Positions 1-12,146 of a DNA stretch of 64,000 nucleotides are shown one piece after another; position 1 is the first letter of the stretch; each line of letters begins with the position of its first letter. Under the pieces are notes generated by a model. The model did no database searches. It was given only the letters and a program-made list of their open reading frames with translations, and was not told the DNA's origin. Source of the stretch: Podarcis erhardii (Eukaryota); the NCBI GenBank assembly GCA_964252035.1, contig OZ176203.1, one strand, 5' to 3'. The position numbers and the translations under genes are program-made.

Positions 1-452
1 CTACAAATGATCACAAGCCCCTCACATTGGTGTGTGTTCTTATGTGTCAGCAGCAACAACACAAGGTGCTGTTGGCCCTTCAGAAGTCATGGACTTGTAT
101 GCTGTCACCACAGCTGGGCCTTGCCATGGAGCTGTTTTCTTCTGAGTAAGGACATCCTCATTCCTTTGTTTTTCATGATCACTGGCAGTGTAAAGTACTG
201 ACATCAGATTTAAAGACATAATATTTTTTCTGGACCACCAATTTGGCAACCATATTTATGGACAATTTAACATGTCTCAAATAAAATTTACATATGGACG
301 GGCTACAGTGAGGAATGGCCTATACACTCTTTAGTGGCTGTCTTTTAAAATAGTATAGTATAAGGCTGTAAATACCTTGTTGGCTTGCACATGTCCACTA
401 GCTATTCAATCAGTGATAATAATGGCAAAGATCCCTAACCTATCATCTCTTG

Positions 453-490
453 GTATGAGCTTTCGTGTGCATGCACACTTCTTCAGATAC
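453..490 (-). ncRNA. Minimal type I hammerhead ribozyme motif (inverted arm of the palindrome)
   Basis: Exact reverse complement of 495-532. Predicted cleavage between 457 and 456 on the - strand. Confidence 0.8.
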
Positions 491-494
491 ACGT

Positions 495-532
495 GTATCT
501 GAAGAAGTGTGCATGCACACGAAAGCTCATAC
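495..532 (+). ncRNA. Minimal type I hammerhead ribozyme motif (intact core)
   Basis: GUAU-CUGAAGA-A-GUGUGCAUGCACAC-GAAA-GCUC/AUAC. Stem I GUAU:AUAC, CUGANGA core, one extra A before G10.1, stem II GUGUG:CACAC, GAAA, palindromic AGCU stem III. Predicted cleavage between 528 and 529. Confidence 0.85.
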
Positions 533-781
533 CTAGAACTAACTCAGTTGGTCTTTAAGGTGCTACTGGAAGGAATTTTTTTATTTTGTTTTGACCATGG
601 CAGACCAACACGGCTACCTATCTGTAACTATCATCTCTTATTGATCACCAGTTTCCATAGCACTCTATTTGCTTCTCATTGGTCGCATCCAAATACTTCC
701 CAACAACCTTCACAAACTACAGTTCCGAGGTTTTTTGGGGGAAAGCTGTGACTCTTAAATTTCCACAAGAATTCTTTAAAT

Positions 782-917
782 CAGGCTTCCTCAACCTCGC
801 CCCTCCATATGTTTTTGGCCTACAACTCCCATGATCCCTAGTTAGCAGGACCAGTGGTCAGGGATGCTGGGAATTTTAGTCTCAAAACATCTGGAGGGCC
901 TAGGTTGATGAAGCCTG
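782..917. mobile_element. hAT-type hairpin MITE (~136 bp)
   Basis: TIRs CAGGCTTCCTCAACCT / AGGTTGATGAAGCCTG. Perfect 8-bp TSD CTTTAAAT (774-781, 918-925). Confidence 0.85.
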
Positions 918-1026
918 CTTTAAATGTATGTGATGGATGTGCCCTTCATTGATGGCCTGCAATCCTTCATGTGAAAATCATACGATGATTTCAGTTTTTT
1001 TCTACAAGTATTACTGTAGTACACTA

Positions 1027-1106
1027 AGGCTGCAACCCTGTATATGTTTTCCTGAAAGTAAGGCTAATTGAACACAATGGGGTTTAATTCTGAGTAGACA
1101 TGCCCA
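1027..1106. repeat. Old short interspersed repeat (GGCTGCAATCCT...CTGAGTA.ACATG family)
   Basis: Its reverse complement aligns with the split copy at 22443-22760 plus 25529-25542. Other degenerate copies occur in the window, e.g. about 10400-10530. Confidence 0.5.
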
Positions 1107-1989
1107 TCATAGTAACTAAGTAGGTGTGGTTGGGAAAACAATGAAGGGCAGGGATGAATTTGGTCTTCTGCAAAAGGAAGGCATATCATGAAGCAAATGA
1201 TCAATAGCTTGAAAAAAATGTAACCAGGAGAAATGGCAAGGCCCACTTTCCCCAAATCATCTCTTTTAAATTTTATACCTTGAGAGTCTGCTCTAAAGGT
1301 ACTCTGCTCTTAACCACCTGAGCTATCACAATCTTCAGGAAAATAATGTATGGTAATTGCTGGCAAGAGTAGCCAAGTTCACTTGCAGAGTTTTTCACAT
1401 GTCAACCCAAGTGTAGTTGATAATAAGACAGAAGAATGCTTGAGGGACAGCAGTGTTTTGGAAAGCCAACAATTATCCAATGGCAGCTTAAAGTTATTAT
1501 GATCTGACAGACACTTGCCAAGGGCAGTGCATGCTAAAAATATACCCTGCACACATTCCTGGGTTTTACTACCAGGACGTTATGATGAACATAGACTGCA
1601 GCCCAACTTCAGAGTATCTTAAAATTATTACTTCTAATCACATACAGACACTTAAGCTGTGCAGTAGTTCCTGCCACCTTCATTTCCTCCCTTTGCATTC
1701 AAGGATAGCTTTAGTCTGATTGTGTTGATTGGAGCCTATTGATTCACAGAGTCTTGGGTGTTGCTGATGTTTTAAAGGAAATCCCTTGGTTCCAGCATGC
1801 AAATGGATCTCCCTGCTACCCCACATACATTAAGTACATACAGTATTGTCAGAGCATTCCATGGTAGATCTTCTGCATATCCTTTCAGGGAATCTCATCT
1901 CCTGGAATTAGTCTAGCAGTCACATGCTCAGATGGCTCAGATCTTCCACACGATGTATGTGTGTGAAAAGACACACTACAGGTATGCTG

Positions 1990-2121
1990 TGTATCTGAAG
2001 AAGTGTGCATGCACATGAAATCTCATACCTAGAACTAACTCAGTTGGTCTTTAAGGTGCTACTGGAAGGAATTTTTTTATTTTGTTTTGACCATGGCAGA
2101 CCAACACGGCTACCTATCTGT
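1990..2121 (+). mobile_element. Penelope-like pLTR fragment, 132 bp, with a 13-bp TSD
   Basis: Near-identical to 493-624. Perfect TSD TACAGGTATGCTG (1977-1989, 2122-2134). Confidence 0.85.
1991..2028 (+). ncRNA. Degenerate hammerhead motif (probably impaired)
   Basis: GTAT-CTGAAGA-A-GTGTGCATGCACAT-GAAA-TCTC/ATAC. C11.1 to T leaves a G.U pair, and G to T at 2021 destroys the AGCT stem III palindrome. Confidence 0.65.
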
Positions 2122-2151
2122 TACAGGTATGCTGGATAGAGTACCCACAGC

Positions 2152-2556
2152 TAGGGGGATCAATCTGAATTAGTTTGCACTTGAAGGTGAAGCAAACAAA
2201 TGAGCACTTTTTGAAACAATGAACAAACACAGCCCTACTATGAGATTTGCACATCTCTGAATTTTGCAGTACGAGTTCTGCCAAGTAACATACACAAAAA
2301 TGCAAATACCAGGCTAAAGTGTGCATAAAATACATATCTTTATAAACATAATCTACAAAAATGCATTATATTAGGCAAAATTGCATTGCAAAATATGTAT
2401 ATTAGGAGAAATTCACACTAAAATACCGGTGGATTTTCATGGGAACTTTTAAAAACAATATTCACCAACCAATATGGAAAAATGGAAAAAATTAACTTAA
2501 GACTAGAAAACTGAGAAAATGAGAGACACCAAAATAGATTGATTCGCCCATCCCTA
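2152..2556. mobile_element. Old non-autonomous DNA transposon (TAGGGATGGG-type terminus)
   Basis: Right end GATTCGCCCATCCCTA. Body is homologous, in opposite orientation, to 8811-9694. Left TIR is degenerate. Confidence 0.5.
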
Positions 2557-3789
2557 TCCACACCACACCTTGAAGTTTTGTATATACAAACCTTGTGGAC
2601 ATTAGCCCAGGCATTGACAATATGTGGCAGGACGCTCCTGAAGAGCTGATTCTCCTGGCTCCTATCCCTTCATTTCCAGCTTTAGGATACTGCTTGTGAT
2701 GGGCTATCTAAGTTTCTTCACAGCATGGGTACCTCTCCCCTGGGATGCACAAGACATACAGTTTGGGATGCACAACTGAGGGACTGTTCTGTGAATCAGG
2801 AAAGACTTCATTCAAATCTGTCGTTGACCATAAGCTACTGCTTACCTTGCAAGTTTGGCATATGGATTGTTGAGACAATGGCCAAAAATGTTCATTTACC
2901 CACCACTTTATGAACCCCTCCTTTCTTTCTGCCACACACCAGTTTTGGCACAGAGACTCTGACTCACATAAAGCTTGGGTACCTTGGAATTTGCTGCAAC
3001 ATCTGAACCAGGGAACTCTGGTTTAGTGTCAGGAATAAACCAGATAGTAAATCAGATTGTGGTTTATGAAGCTATGGACGAATGCCCAAATTCAGTCAAC
3101 ACATAAGAAGAGGGTGGTAATCTAAAGTGTTATTTAAATGTGAAATATTAGATATATATTTTTAGAATGAATACTGCACCACATTGTGTTTATTGTGAAG
3201 CCAAAATTATTACAAGGTTTTGCTTTCATTGTCAACATCCATATCTTCCTCTTTAACAAATGCATTTCCTGAGCACAACTGAATCAGAAAGCCATTTCTA
3301 ATAAATATTCATGATAGCCTCTCACTACCACAAGTACCTGTGTAGCAACAGCCAAGAGGGTGAAGAATGAGATGCTGAAAAGTGATCAACAAATGCGCTC
3401 TCAGTAGCAAAGGAAGAAGGCTGCAAAATCAATTCAGCTGTAGAGCCAAGATGAGATGGCTCAGCAAAAGCAAAGTGCTCAGGATTGTTTTGGGAAATCA
3501 TTACTGCAGCTTGTTTTGGAATCTAAAATACACAAGCTTAAAATGCCATGATAGAAATAATATTCTCTTTCAGCAGTTCCAGAAGAAAAAAGTGTCCTCA
3601 CTGTGAGATACTCAAGAGGCATAATGAACAATTTAAGACAGAAACACTCACCGGGGGGTGGGGGTGGGTGATGACAAATTTCAAAGATAAATACAAACAA
3701 TCTAACACTTGTCATGAAGCAAGTGATATATGGGAGAACAATCATATACCAATGAACTCTGAAGTTCATTAGCATTTACTCTTGAGTAA

Positions 3790-4060
3790 GGGGGAGCTCC
3801 CGTTGCTCGGTCCCTGCTCCTGCCAACCTAGCAGTTTAAAAGCATGTCAAAGTGCAAGTAGATAAATAGGTACCGCTCTGGCAGGAAGGTAAACGGTGTT
3901 TCCATGTGCTGCTCTGGTTCACCAGAAGCAGCTTAGTCATGCTGGCCACATGACCCAGAAGCTGTACGCCGGCTCCCTCGGCCAGTAAAGCCAGATGAGC
4001 GCCACAACCCCAGAGTTGTCCGTGACTGGACTTAATGGTCAGGGGTCCCTTTACCTTTAC
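3790..4060 (+). mobile_element. Sauria SINE, 5'-truncated
   Basis: High identity to 4750-5029. Typical 3' end GGTCAGGGGTCCCTTTACCTTTAC. Confidence 0.9.
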
Positions 4061-4664
4061 GGATGTTTAGCAGGCTTTCCAAAACTGTGGTCCACAAATG
4101 TCAGTCAGGTGATCTGTAAATATATAATAAAAATCATACACCAACTAACAGAGAACATGACAATTGTGAAAAAAGCAAAAAAAGGGGGGGGGGTCTGCCA
4201 AGACCCTTAATAATTTTGGTGTATAGGATTCCACAGTGCTATTCTTCTAGAAAACAAGGTGCCAGAACTCACCATGAATGCCTCCCTTGTTCTCTTATGA
4301 TGGCAATGGCATCCACCTGAGAGGTGCTGGAACTGAGTTCTGGTGAGTTCTTGCTAAAAAAGAAGCCCTGGGATTCCAGCCTAAAAGGATTAATCCTAGA
4401 TGGGAGTTGGGGAGAAGCACATTGAATAGCTAAGGGTCTAGAGATTCATAAAGGAAGATCCAGGTAAAAGGTGATTTGATATTTAGATAGATAAATTAAA
4501 CAAATAATTGTATCCAGTATAAGTCATACTTACAGTGGACCTCAGCTGGTGATATTCATTAATTAAATGAGTCTACTCTGAGTATGGCCAACAGATACAA
4601 CCCACAGCTTATCTGTAAAAAAAACCATATGAAGTCCATTCTATCATAGTTGAACCCTTTCTAT

Positions 4665-5029
4665 GATGCGGGTGGCGCTGTGGGTTAAACCACAGAGCAT
4701 AGGGCTTGCCAATTAGAAGGTCGGCAGTTCAAATCCCCGCAATGGGGTGAGCTCCCTTTGCTTGGTCCCTGCTCCTGCCAACCTAGCAGTTCAAAAGCAC
4801 ATCAAAGTGCAAGTAGCTAAATAGGTACCGCTCCGGCAGGAAGGTAAACGTTGTTTCCGTGTGCTGCTCTGGTTCGCCAGAAGTGGCTTAGTCATGCTGG
4901 CCACATGACCCAGAAGCTGTCTGCAGTCAAACACCGGCTCCCTCGGCCAATAAAGCGAGATGAGGGCGCAACCCCAGAGTCGGCCATGACTGGACCTAAT
5001 GGTCAGGGGTCCCTTTACCTTTACCTTTA
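4665..5029 (+). mobile_element. Sauria SINE, near full length
   Basis: tRNA-like head with A box (GTGGCGCTGTGG) and B box (GTTCAAATCC), body with GCAAGTAG.TAAATAGGTACCGC, (ACCTTT)n tail. Confidence 0.92.
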
Positions 5030-8000
5030 TGAGCTGAATAGAGAAACAGATAAAACACTGGCAACAAGCAGATTCCAGCATTTAAGAATCAAGTATGCTT
5101 TTCTTTGTTTGGTCTTATTCTGATTTGTGTTTCCCAGTCACTTTAGAGGCATGAGAAAAACAAGAAATGCGAATTTTACCTTTTTAGTGGTACCTAGTTT
5201 TTGCACACACCCCTCTCTATCCTCCATCTGGGCAAGCAATAAGCAGTAAGGAAACATTCTAGCCAAGGAAAAATATCCCAGAAGGGTGCAAAGTGAGGAG
5301 GAAGGGTGAGGAGTATGGCCTGAGAAGAGTCCTGAGGGCCAGAAAGAGATGCTGTGGACAGGCACATTTGGTCCCCAGGCCTGAGTATCCCCATCCCCAT
5401 GCAAAGTGTGATAGAACAGTGGTAGCTTTTAGATGGATTTGTGTCTATCTGATAATTTACTTTGGGGTGTGGGAGAAATGATCTGGCAAGCCAAGGATGT
5501 CCCAGCTTCTCAGCTGGGCGGTGCGAGCCTTTGATCTTAGATGACAGCAGGTAGCATTGCCCATCACTATGCCTTCTTCCAAGACCCAGCAATTCCCAAA
5601 GAGAATCTATTTAACGATGCAACTGCAATGAGCTGCTTTAGAACACACTTGTACTGTGTCGGAATGAGGACGGTAATTGCCTTCAGCTATCTAAGGAGGG
5701 TGACACTGACAGAAAACAAAAGTAAATATTTAATACTGAAAGGAGTGCATAAATGTTAAGGACTAAGTACATTTCTAGATCTGCAAGGGCAATTAACTTT
5801 TGGCCTGTTTAGATGTTGCTGGAACTGTCTACATTAATAGCCTGATTTATAGAGGATGCCTTGTAAGCTTTTGCGCTAATGCCTCTTTGATTGTACAATT
5901 GTTGGAACTATGTATGCTTGCCAGAACAATAACATTTGAAGGGCTGGGTTTTAAAGTTCACAAAAATGCAAGTGCAGAATTCATCTCTTGTGCAACTCAG
6001 AAAGGATTCTCCATATTCTGCATGACTGACCCAGAAATGCTTTTCTTTTGCTGGGGTAGGATGTTTCTGTTCTAAGTGATTGTCCTGGAGTCAAACCTTG
6101 ATTCTAAACTACAACTTAATTAACCACGATCTTAAAAAGAACCTGTTTTGCCAGCGCTTTAAGCATGACTCAGTGTCATTGTGAGCAAAGGATGCTTTGT
6201 TCAATGTAGAAACATGAAAGGGACTGACTATATCATTAGAATACGCCATATTATGTAGATTTACTTCTAGAACTTATATGTCCACCAAATGGTGGAAATG
6301 TGAGCATAATCTTACCATAGGAAGGATATCGCTGGGAAGGCAAGTTGCAGTCAACATTCCTCTTTGTAACCAGTACTGACCCATCATCCTTCCTCTTAAT
6401 GCTTTATATGCCAATCCTTTGAGATCCCATACTCCTTCGATTTCTCCTTTGCTACCTCCCTCTCTTTCCAGATTTATCTTCTCTGTTCCTTTCGACCAGG
6501 GGCAGGCAGGAAACTTTGTTCAGCCCAGTAGCCACAGTCCATCTTACACAACCATCTAAGGACAGTGGGGAAAGCTTGCAACAAAGGTGAGTGGAGCAGT
6601 GAGTGCAACTCTTATCTTTGCACAGTCAGCTATATTCCAGATGTGCAAAAGTCAAAGATTTCTATACACACCTCTCTCCATCCAGACAAGCAAAAAGCAC
6701 TGTCAGAGTCTAAGGACACATTCCAGTCAGGCCAAGCGCTTAAGGAGAATGTGGAACAGGACTTGTGATGGATTAGGTAGAGTCTCAATGGTCAGATAGA
6801 AAGGGCTGAAGGGGCACCTGCCCACAGGCTAGAAGTTCCTCATACCTGTCTTATATCTCTGTCACCTCCTCTCTTTCATCAGCCTCCAGTTATTCATATC
6901 CCACCTTTCTGTCTCTTACCCTTCTGATTCCTCTGCACTGCCTTTCCTCCCTGCTTTCTCTTACCACCTTAGCTTGGCATCTTTACTTCTGTGCCAATTT
7001 GTCCAGTCTAAATTCATCCCTCTGCCTCTCGGCATCCCGGTCTTCAATCCTGCTCAGCTGTTGCCACAGAGTTTAAAGATTTGTAATCATGCAAATGGGA
7101 CTGTATAAGAAGGTTGTTGTTGGCATCTGTCTGTCTCAGGAGGAGTGCACCTTTAAGGGGTGAAGTCAAACTGTCAGAAGGTTGAAGCACCAGCTGTGGC
7201 TGTAGAGAAAGCTATGGGAGAGAGATGGGAGAGAGATGTTTTGTTGCAGCTGGGGCAGATGGAGGCAGCTAGTTGTGTTGATGCAGATGCACCATGGTGT
7301 TTCTTCTCTCTGTGCCCCTCACAGTGGTTATTCCTCTTCTGCTCACTATTATGGACCTGACTGCCATTGGTACAAATACTTGCAGCCCTACTTATTCTGT
7401 CAGCTATACTATTTTTTAACCACTGCAGTTCTTAATAGGGGAAGTTGAGGACGTTATTCTTGGATGTTAAATGTTCCCTCCGGACTATTAAGTCTCCCTT
7501 CCTTTCAGATTTTTGATATCATAGCTTTTCTCTTGTTGGGCTGTGAGACCCCACATGCAGAACTCCATCTGTGGGCTTCACCTAGTGCTTACCTAGGGCC
7601 TTAAAGTTTTTTTTAAGTACTTTTGAGTAATCACCTTCTGCTGTTGTTTTATGCTGTTTGTTTTGCTGATGGCTGCACATTGTTTTAATACATTGCACAC
7701 TGCCTTGCAATAGATAATAAAGGACAGTATAGGAGTTTTTTTCGAATAAAGATTGCTCCAACCTGTGCTTGCAAAGTGGCTCAGTAGAAGAGGGCATGCA
7801 GTAATACAGGCATACAGAACATTATGTAGCTATGTGTTCTCAACTCAATCTACAAACCCATCAAAAAACAATTCTTACTAGACTAGCTAATTCTAAAAAA
7901 AAAAGTCAATGCATACTGAGTTGACAAGTAATTGAAGAAGTTGCCTGTGCCCGCATATCTCATGAATATTATACGGTTCAAAGTATTAGTCCTTTCACCC

Positions 8001-9015
8001 TAATTCACACACTAACAAAATTTATACAATAAATACTAAAATGAGGAAATAGTCACAAGAAATGTTATAAAATTTATCTTCATTTTTGTCAACGTTAAGG
8101 CGGTTTTAAAGCAAAATGAACACTAAATTAGAAAATAAAACGTGATTAATTGAAATCATATGTAAACTCTGGACTAGCACAATTGCCATCTGCAGAAGAA
8201 ACTCTGACTCATTAATCTCATGCGTATGTTTGAACAAGGTCCAGAGTCTAGTGGTTGTGTTTATATGATAAATTGGATGGTAAACTTGACATAACTCATG
8301 AATCACAGAAGTCAAACAATGCAGAGTCACAAATAGAAACACCATACAGTCTGCTCCCCATTCTTCTTCCTTATATATATGAAAAGAAACTTCACCATGG
8401 TCCCCACGTTGTACAATCATGTGAACCTCATTGATTTCCAAACAAATAACAGCCTGTTTGACAATGAGTTCAAATGTCAAGACAGGTCCATTGGCCTTGA
8501 TGCTTCACTGTTCAACTAGGCACACAGTCAGAAAAGGATAATTCAGTTATTCCCTCATATACATATTTATTAAGAAACTGAGATGACATTTCTCTCCCAT
8601 TTTCAGTAAGAAAGCAAATGTAACTTTTACTAACTCTGGAGAGTAGCAATATGGTTGGTGTAGGTCAATAAGCAGATAAGTTTTGAATAATGTGCCCCTG
8701 TTCTTAAGATATTTGAATTGGATGCAATCAGAAAATGTATGATATTGAAAACTAATGTAACGCCTTTGAAAATGACAGGCAGGAATCCAGGAGCTAGGGA
8801 GGCTCACAACTAGGAATGGAAGGATCTGCCAATTTCCATTCTCCAGTTTCTAATTTTTCCCAATCTTAAATTTAGTTCTTCACATTTCTACAGCAACTTG
8901 CCATTTTAAAAAAAGGAATGAACATTCATCAGCACTTTAGTTTGACTTTCTCCTAATAAACCCAGTTTTGTATGCAGTTTTAACCAATATGCATATTTTT
9001 GCTAGCAATTTTCCT

Positions 9016-9239
9016 GAGACTACAAAGCCATTTCCGACCCGACTGGGAGGAGAGGGGGTTGCAGGCAGAACCCTCCTCCCACTCACGCGGGGGCGGGACC
9101 TTGCCCCCACGTGAAGAGGGAATCCCCGGGCGTGCCTTCCACCCCACCCGCCAATCGGCAGGCCGGGGAGGTGTGGCCTAGCCCATTTAAGGCCAGGCAC
9201 GCCCGGGGACCGCCCTCTTTCACCTTTCCCGGCCGAGCG
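9016..9239. other. CpG-rich promoter-like insert of unknown origin
   Basis: About 224 bp at roughly 70% GC with many CpGs, inside AT-rich repeat DNA. Contains GGGCGGGA, CACGTG, GCCAATC and ATTTAAGG. No TSD found. Confidence 0.55.
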
Positions 9240-9290
9240 GCATTTTTGTATGCTCTTTTGAGTGATTTGTTTATGCATGCTTTCTGCTAA

Positions 9291-9520
9291 TACACTGGTA
9301 CCTCGGGTTAAGTACTTAATTTGTTCCGGAGATCCGTTCTTAACCTGAAACTGTTCTTAACTTGAAGCACCACTTTAGATAACGGGGCCTTCCGCTGCTG
9401 CTGTGCCACCGGAGCATGATTTCTGTTCTCATCCTGAAGCAAAGTTCTTAACCTGAGGTACTATTTCTGAGTTAGCAGAGTCTGTAACCTGAAGCATATG
9501 TAACCCGAGGTACCACTGTA
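9291..9520. mobile_element. Tc1/mariner-type MITE, family A
   Basis: TA ends, TIR CA(G/C)TGGTACCTCGGGTTA ... TAACCCGAGGTACCACTG. Five further copies in the window. Confidence 0.9.
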
Positions 9521-12105
9521 CATGCATTTTGTAAATACTGGTTTGAAAACTGCATTGCAAAATTCAGATTAAGTCAAGTTTTAGAGGATTTCTGCTTTGA
9601 TTTTCATAGTGTTTTGGAAGGTGTGAATTTGGCAGAGTTACCTATAAATGTGAACTGCATTGAATTTCTCCCCATTGAATTTCTCCCCATCTTCACATAA
9701 CACAGTATCTAAGTTTGTGATAGACATCAGCCATTGTCAGTGGCACAGTTCTCAGCATTGACAGGTATGCCCACCCTCACTAGGCAAATCTAGTGGTGAC
9801 AGAACTGTCCCACCCTCCACAGATCACTTTGGACAGATGGATGGCTCCTATGGTATCAATGATTCCATTCAAAGGAAGAATTGGGAGCACACTCTAAGAG
9901 CGTTCTCCCAATTCTTCCTTTCTTCCTTTGCAGTCATGGCTTGAATTCAAGTTTCCACTCCACAAATTCCTGCCAAAAACAAAATGTAACTCTTGCTTTC
10001 AGCAGGCTCCACCCAGGAGCTGCTAAGTGGAGTCGATCTCGATGGGACTTGCAGCTGGCACAGAAATAAAAAAGATGCAGAACCTCCTGCATAGAACCAA
10101 TCCCGGCAATGCTTGCATTTGGCACCAAATTCAAAAGGTGCTGAATGCAAACCCTATGCTCCAAATGATGTCATATAATGCCAGCTGTGGGGCAGACGGA
10201 TGTGGTGAGGGAAATTGTCTTATGGGCCAAACTAGGACCACTGGCAGGCTTTATTCAACCCATGGTCTGGAGGTTCCCACTTCCTAGTTTATGGCTACCA
10301 TTTGCATGTTTAAATGCAAGGCTGAGTTATGTATTTTATAAAAATGCAGCCCAAAGTTCACGTTTTACCTGGAGGTACGACTGACCCACTGAACTCAGAG
10401 GAAAATACTCTTAAGCAAACATGCATAGAACTGCAGTTGTGCAGCCCAGTTCTGTGTTTGTTTATATAGAAGTAAGCTCCACTTTGTTCAGGAAAGCTTA
10501 CTCTCAAGTATGTACTTAACAGAATTGCAGTGCTAGCCTTGCAGTTAATTATTTACTTGGGACAAGTAGCAATTCCTTCTGGGCAACTAGCCTGCTATGC
10601 CTGCTGCACAAGCTTCTGTAAGCTGTGACACATGTGCAGATGTTCTGGTCTATGGGAACCAGCGTATTATCATTCTTATTTGTCTGATGAAAAAAGATAT
10701 TGTAACAGGATGCTATTAGGACACCACATGGAGACTGAAGGCTCTTCTATTGATTCATTGCAACTATTTGGGCTTCTGCCTCCAGTTCAGTGGAATGCAA
10801 ACTTCTGTGTCATAGAAGGAGGCTTATTAAAACATGAGTCATATTGGAAAACCATTACGTATGAAAAAGAAAAAAACGATTTTGAAAATTTCCAGCCAGA
10901 AAAGTCAGACTGATAAAAACAAATAATATTTTATTGCCTTTATATAAATGACAGCAATGAAATACACAGCGCACAATCTATCCAAAATAAAGCAATTTTA
11001 AAATTATTACAATAGGAAATATTTAAGCAGGTGGTTAAGTCTGCTAGTTTAATTCAGTGGCAGTTAATAGTACTACACTTTGGCCTGGCTTGTCCGTAGC
11101 AATTGACATTCTTGAGCAGTGCTCTTCCTGTTGACTTCAGCTAAGTGTGATTTCACACACACAGAAAAGCTTTTGCATACTGAATGTTTACAACAGGGCT
11201 AGTTGCAGTTTTTTATTAGATCATGGCATCTCAGGCAGTAGGTCTCCTTAGTGGTCTTGGGAGCAATTGTACAGTTGTTCACACAAATGCCCCAGATATC
11301 CAATGGTATGGTTGTAGTGGGTACAAGCAGACCCAGCCAAATCAGTAGTAGTGAACAAATAACTGAAATAATTCCTCTAAGATCTTATATGGCAAGAAAG
11401 GAGTCTGTGATACAGAAATGGTGTCGGTCAACACTGCCTCCAGTCAAACTGGCTGGATGATTACATGAACTGTTAATGTGTCTTAGAGCCCCCCACCCCG
11501 CAAAGTGCCATTTTTAATTTCACTTGGTATGACATCAAGAAAAGTCAGAGGAACACATTTTGTTTCTTAACTGGCTGAGCCCCACCTAAACTGGGAGCAG
11601 AGCATAACAACCTCTTAGCCATTTTCCAACTCAAACTAAAGTTTTCAATCCAACACATCAGAAGCCAGCAGAGACACCCACGTTATACTGTCTTGTCTGG
11701 TATTTTACATACTGAGATTACAGGGTGAAACACAGAATGTATATATAGATGAGTAAAGGGAAACTAGGAGTTACCTAAGTAAATTAAACAGAAGTTATGT
11801 TACCAGAATAAAACCTTGTTGAAGAATGAAACATAGCACATCTTATTCTTTTATTTATGCTTGGATTTAAAATGGTTATGTTATTTGCCTATTTAACTGT
11901 GATGTAATTCAGGCACTACTTCCTGAAAACTTGTTTGCTGCAATTCTGGCTTCATCCTATTAGTTTCACTGTGTAGAATGACCTTTGCTCATTAGGTACA
12001 ATCAATTACTAGGGTGAGAGGCATCTTTAAATATTTATGAACATTTGCATTATCAAGATTACTGCTCCTCATGAAAACTGCATTAGCACACAACAACGCA
12101 TATTT

Positions 12106-12108
<3 letters not shown>

Positions 12109-12144
<36 letters not shown>
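12109..12144. repeat. (AC)18 microsatellite
   Basis: Direct reading. Confidence 0.95.

Positions 12145-12146
<2 letters not shown>

Larger units (their letters stand above)
452..624 (+). mobile_element. Penelope-like element (PLE) pLTR fragment with a 5' inverted duplication (perfect 82-bp palindrome 452-533)
   Basis: 452-492 is the exact reverse complement of 493-533. 493-624 matches 1990-2120 (2 mismatches) and, on the opposite strand, 26941-27067. Flanked by the direct repeat TATCATCTCTT (441-451 and 629-639), which extends to TAAC(C)TATCATCTCTT with one indel. The PLE assignment rests on the hammerhead motif plus the inverted-terminus structure known for PLEs. Confidence 0.8.
8811..9694. 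mobile_element. Old non-autonomous DNA transposon (same family as 2152-2556), interrupted by two later insertions
   Basis: Starts TAGGAATGGAAGGATC and aligns to the reverse complement of 2330-2556. Interrupted at 9016-9239 and 9291-9520. Confidence 0.55.

Noticed and set aside
5194-5592. 132-aa minus-strand ORF (and 8106-8480, 124 aa) upstream of PRKX
   Set aside because: No recognisable domain or splice-consistent partner exons. The lengths are within chance expectation for 64 kb.
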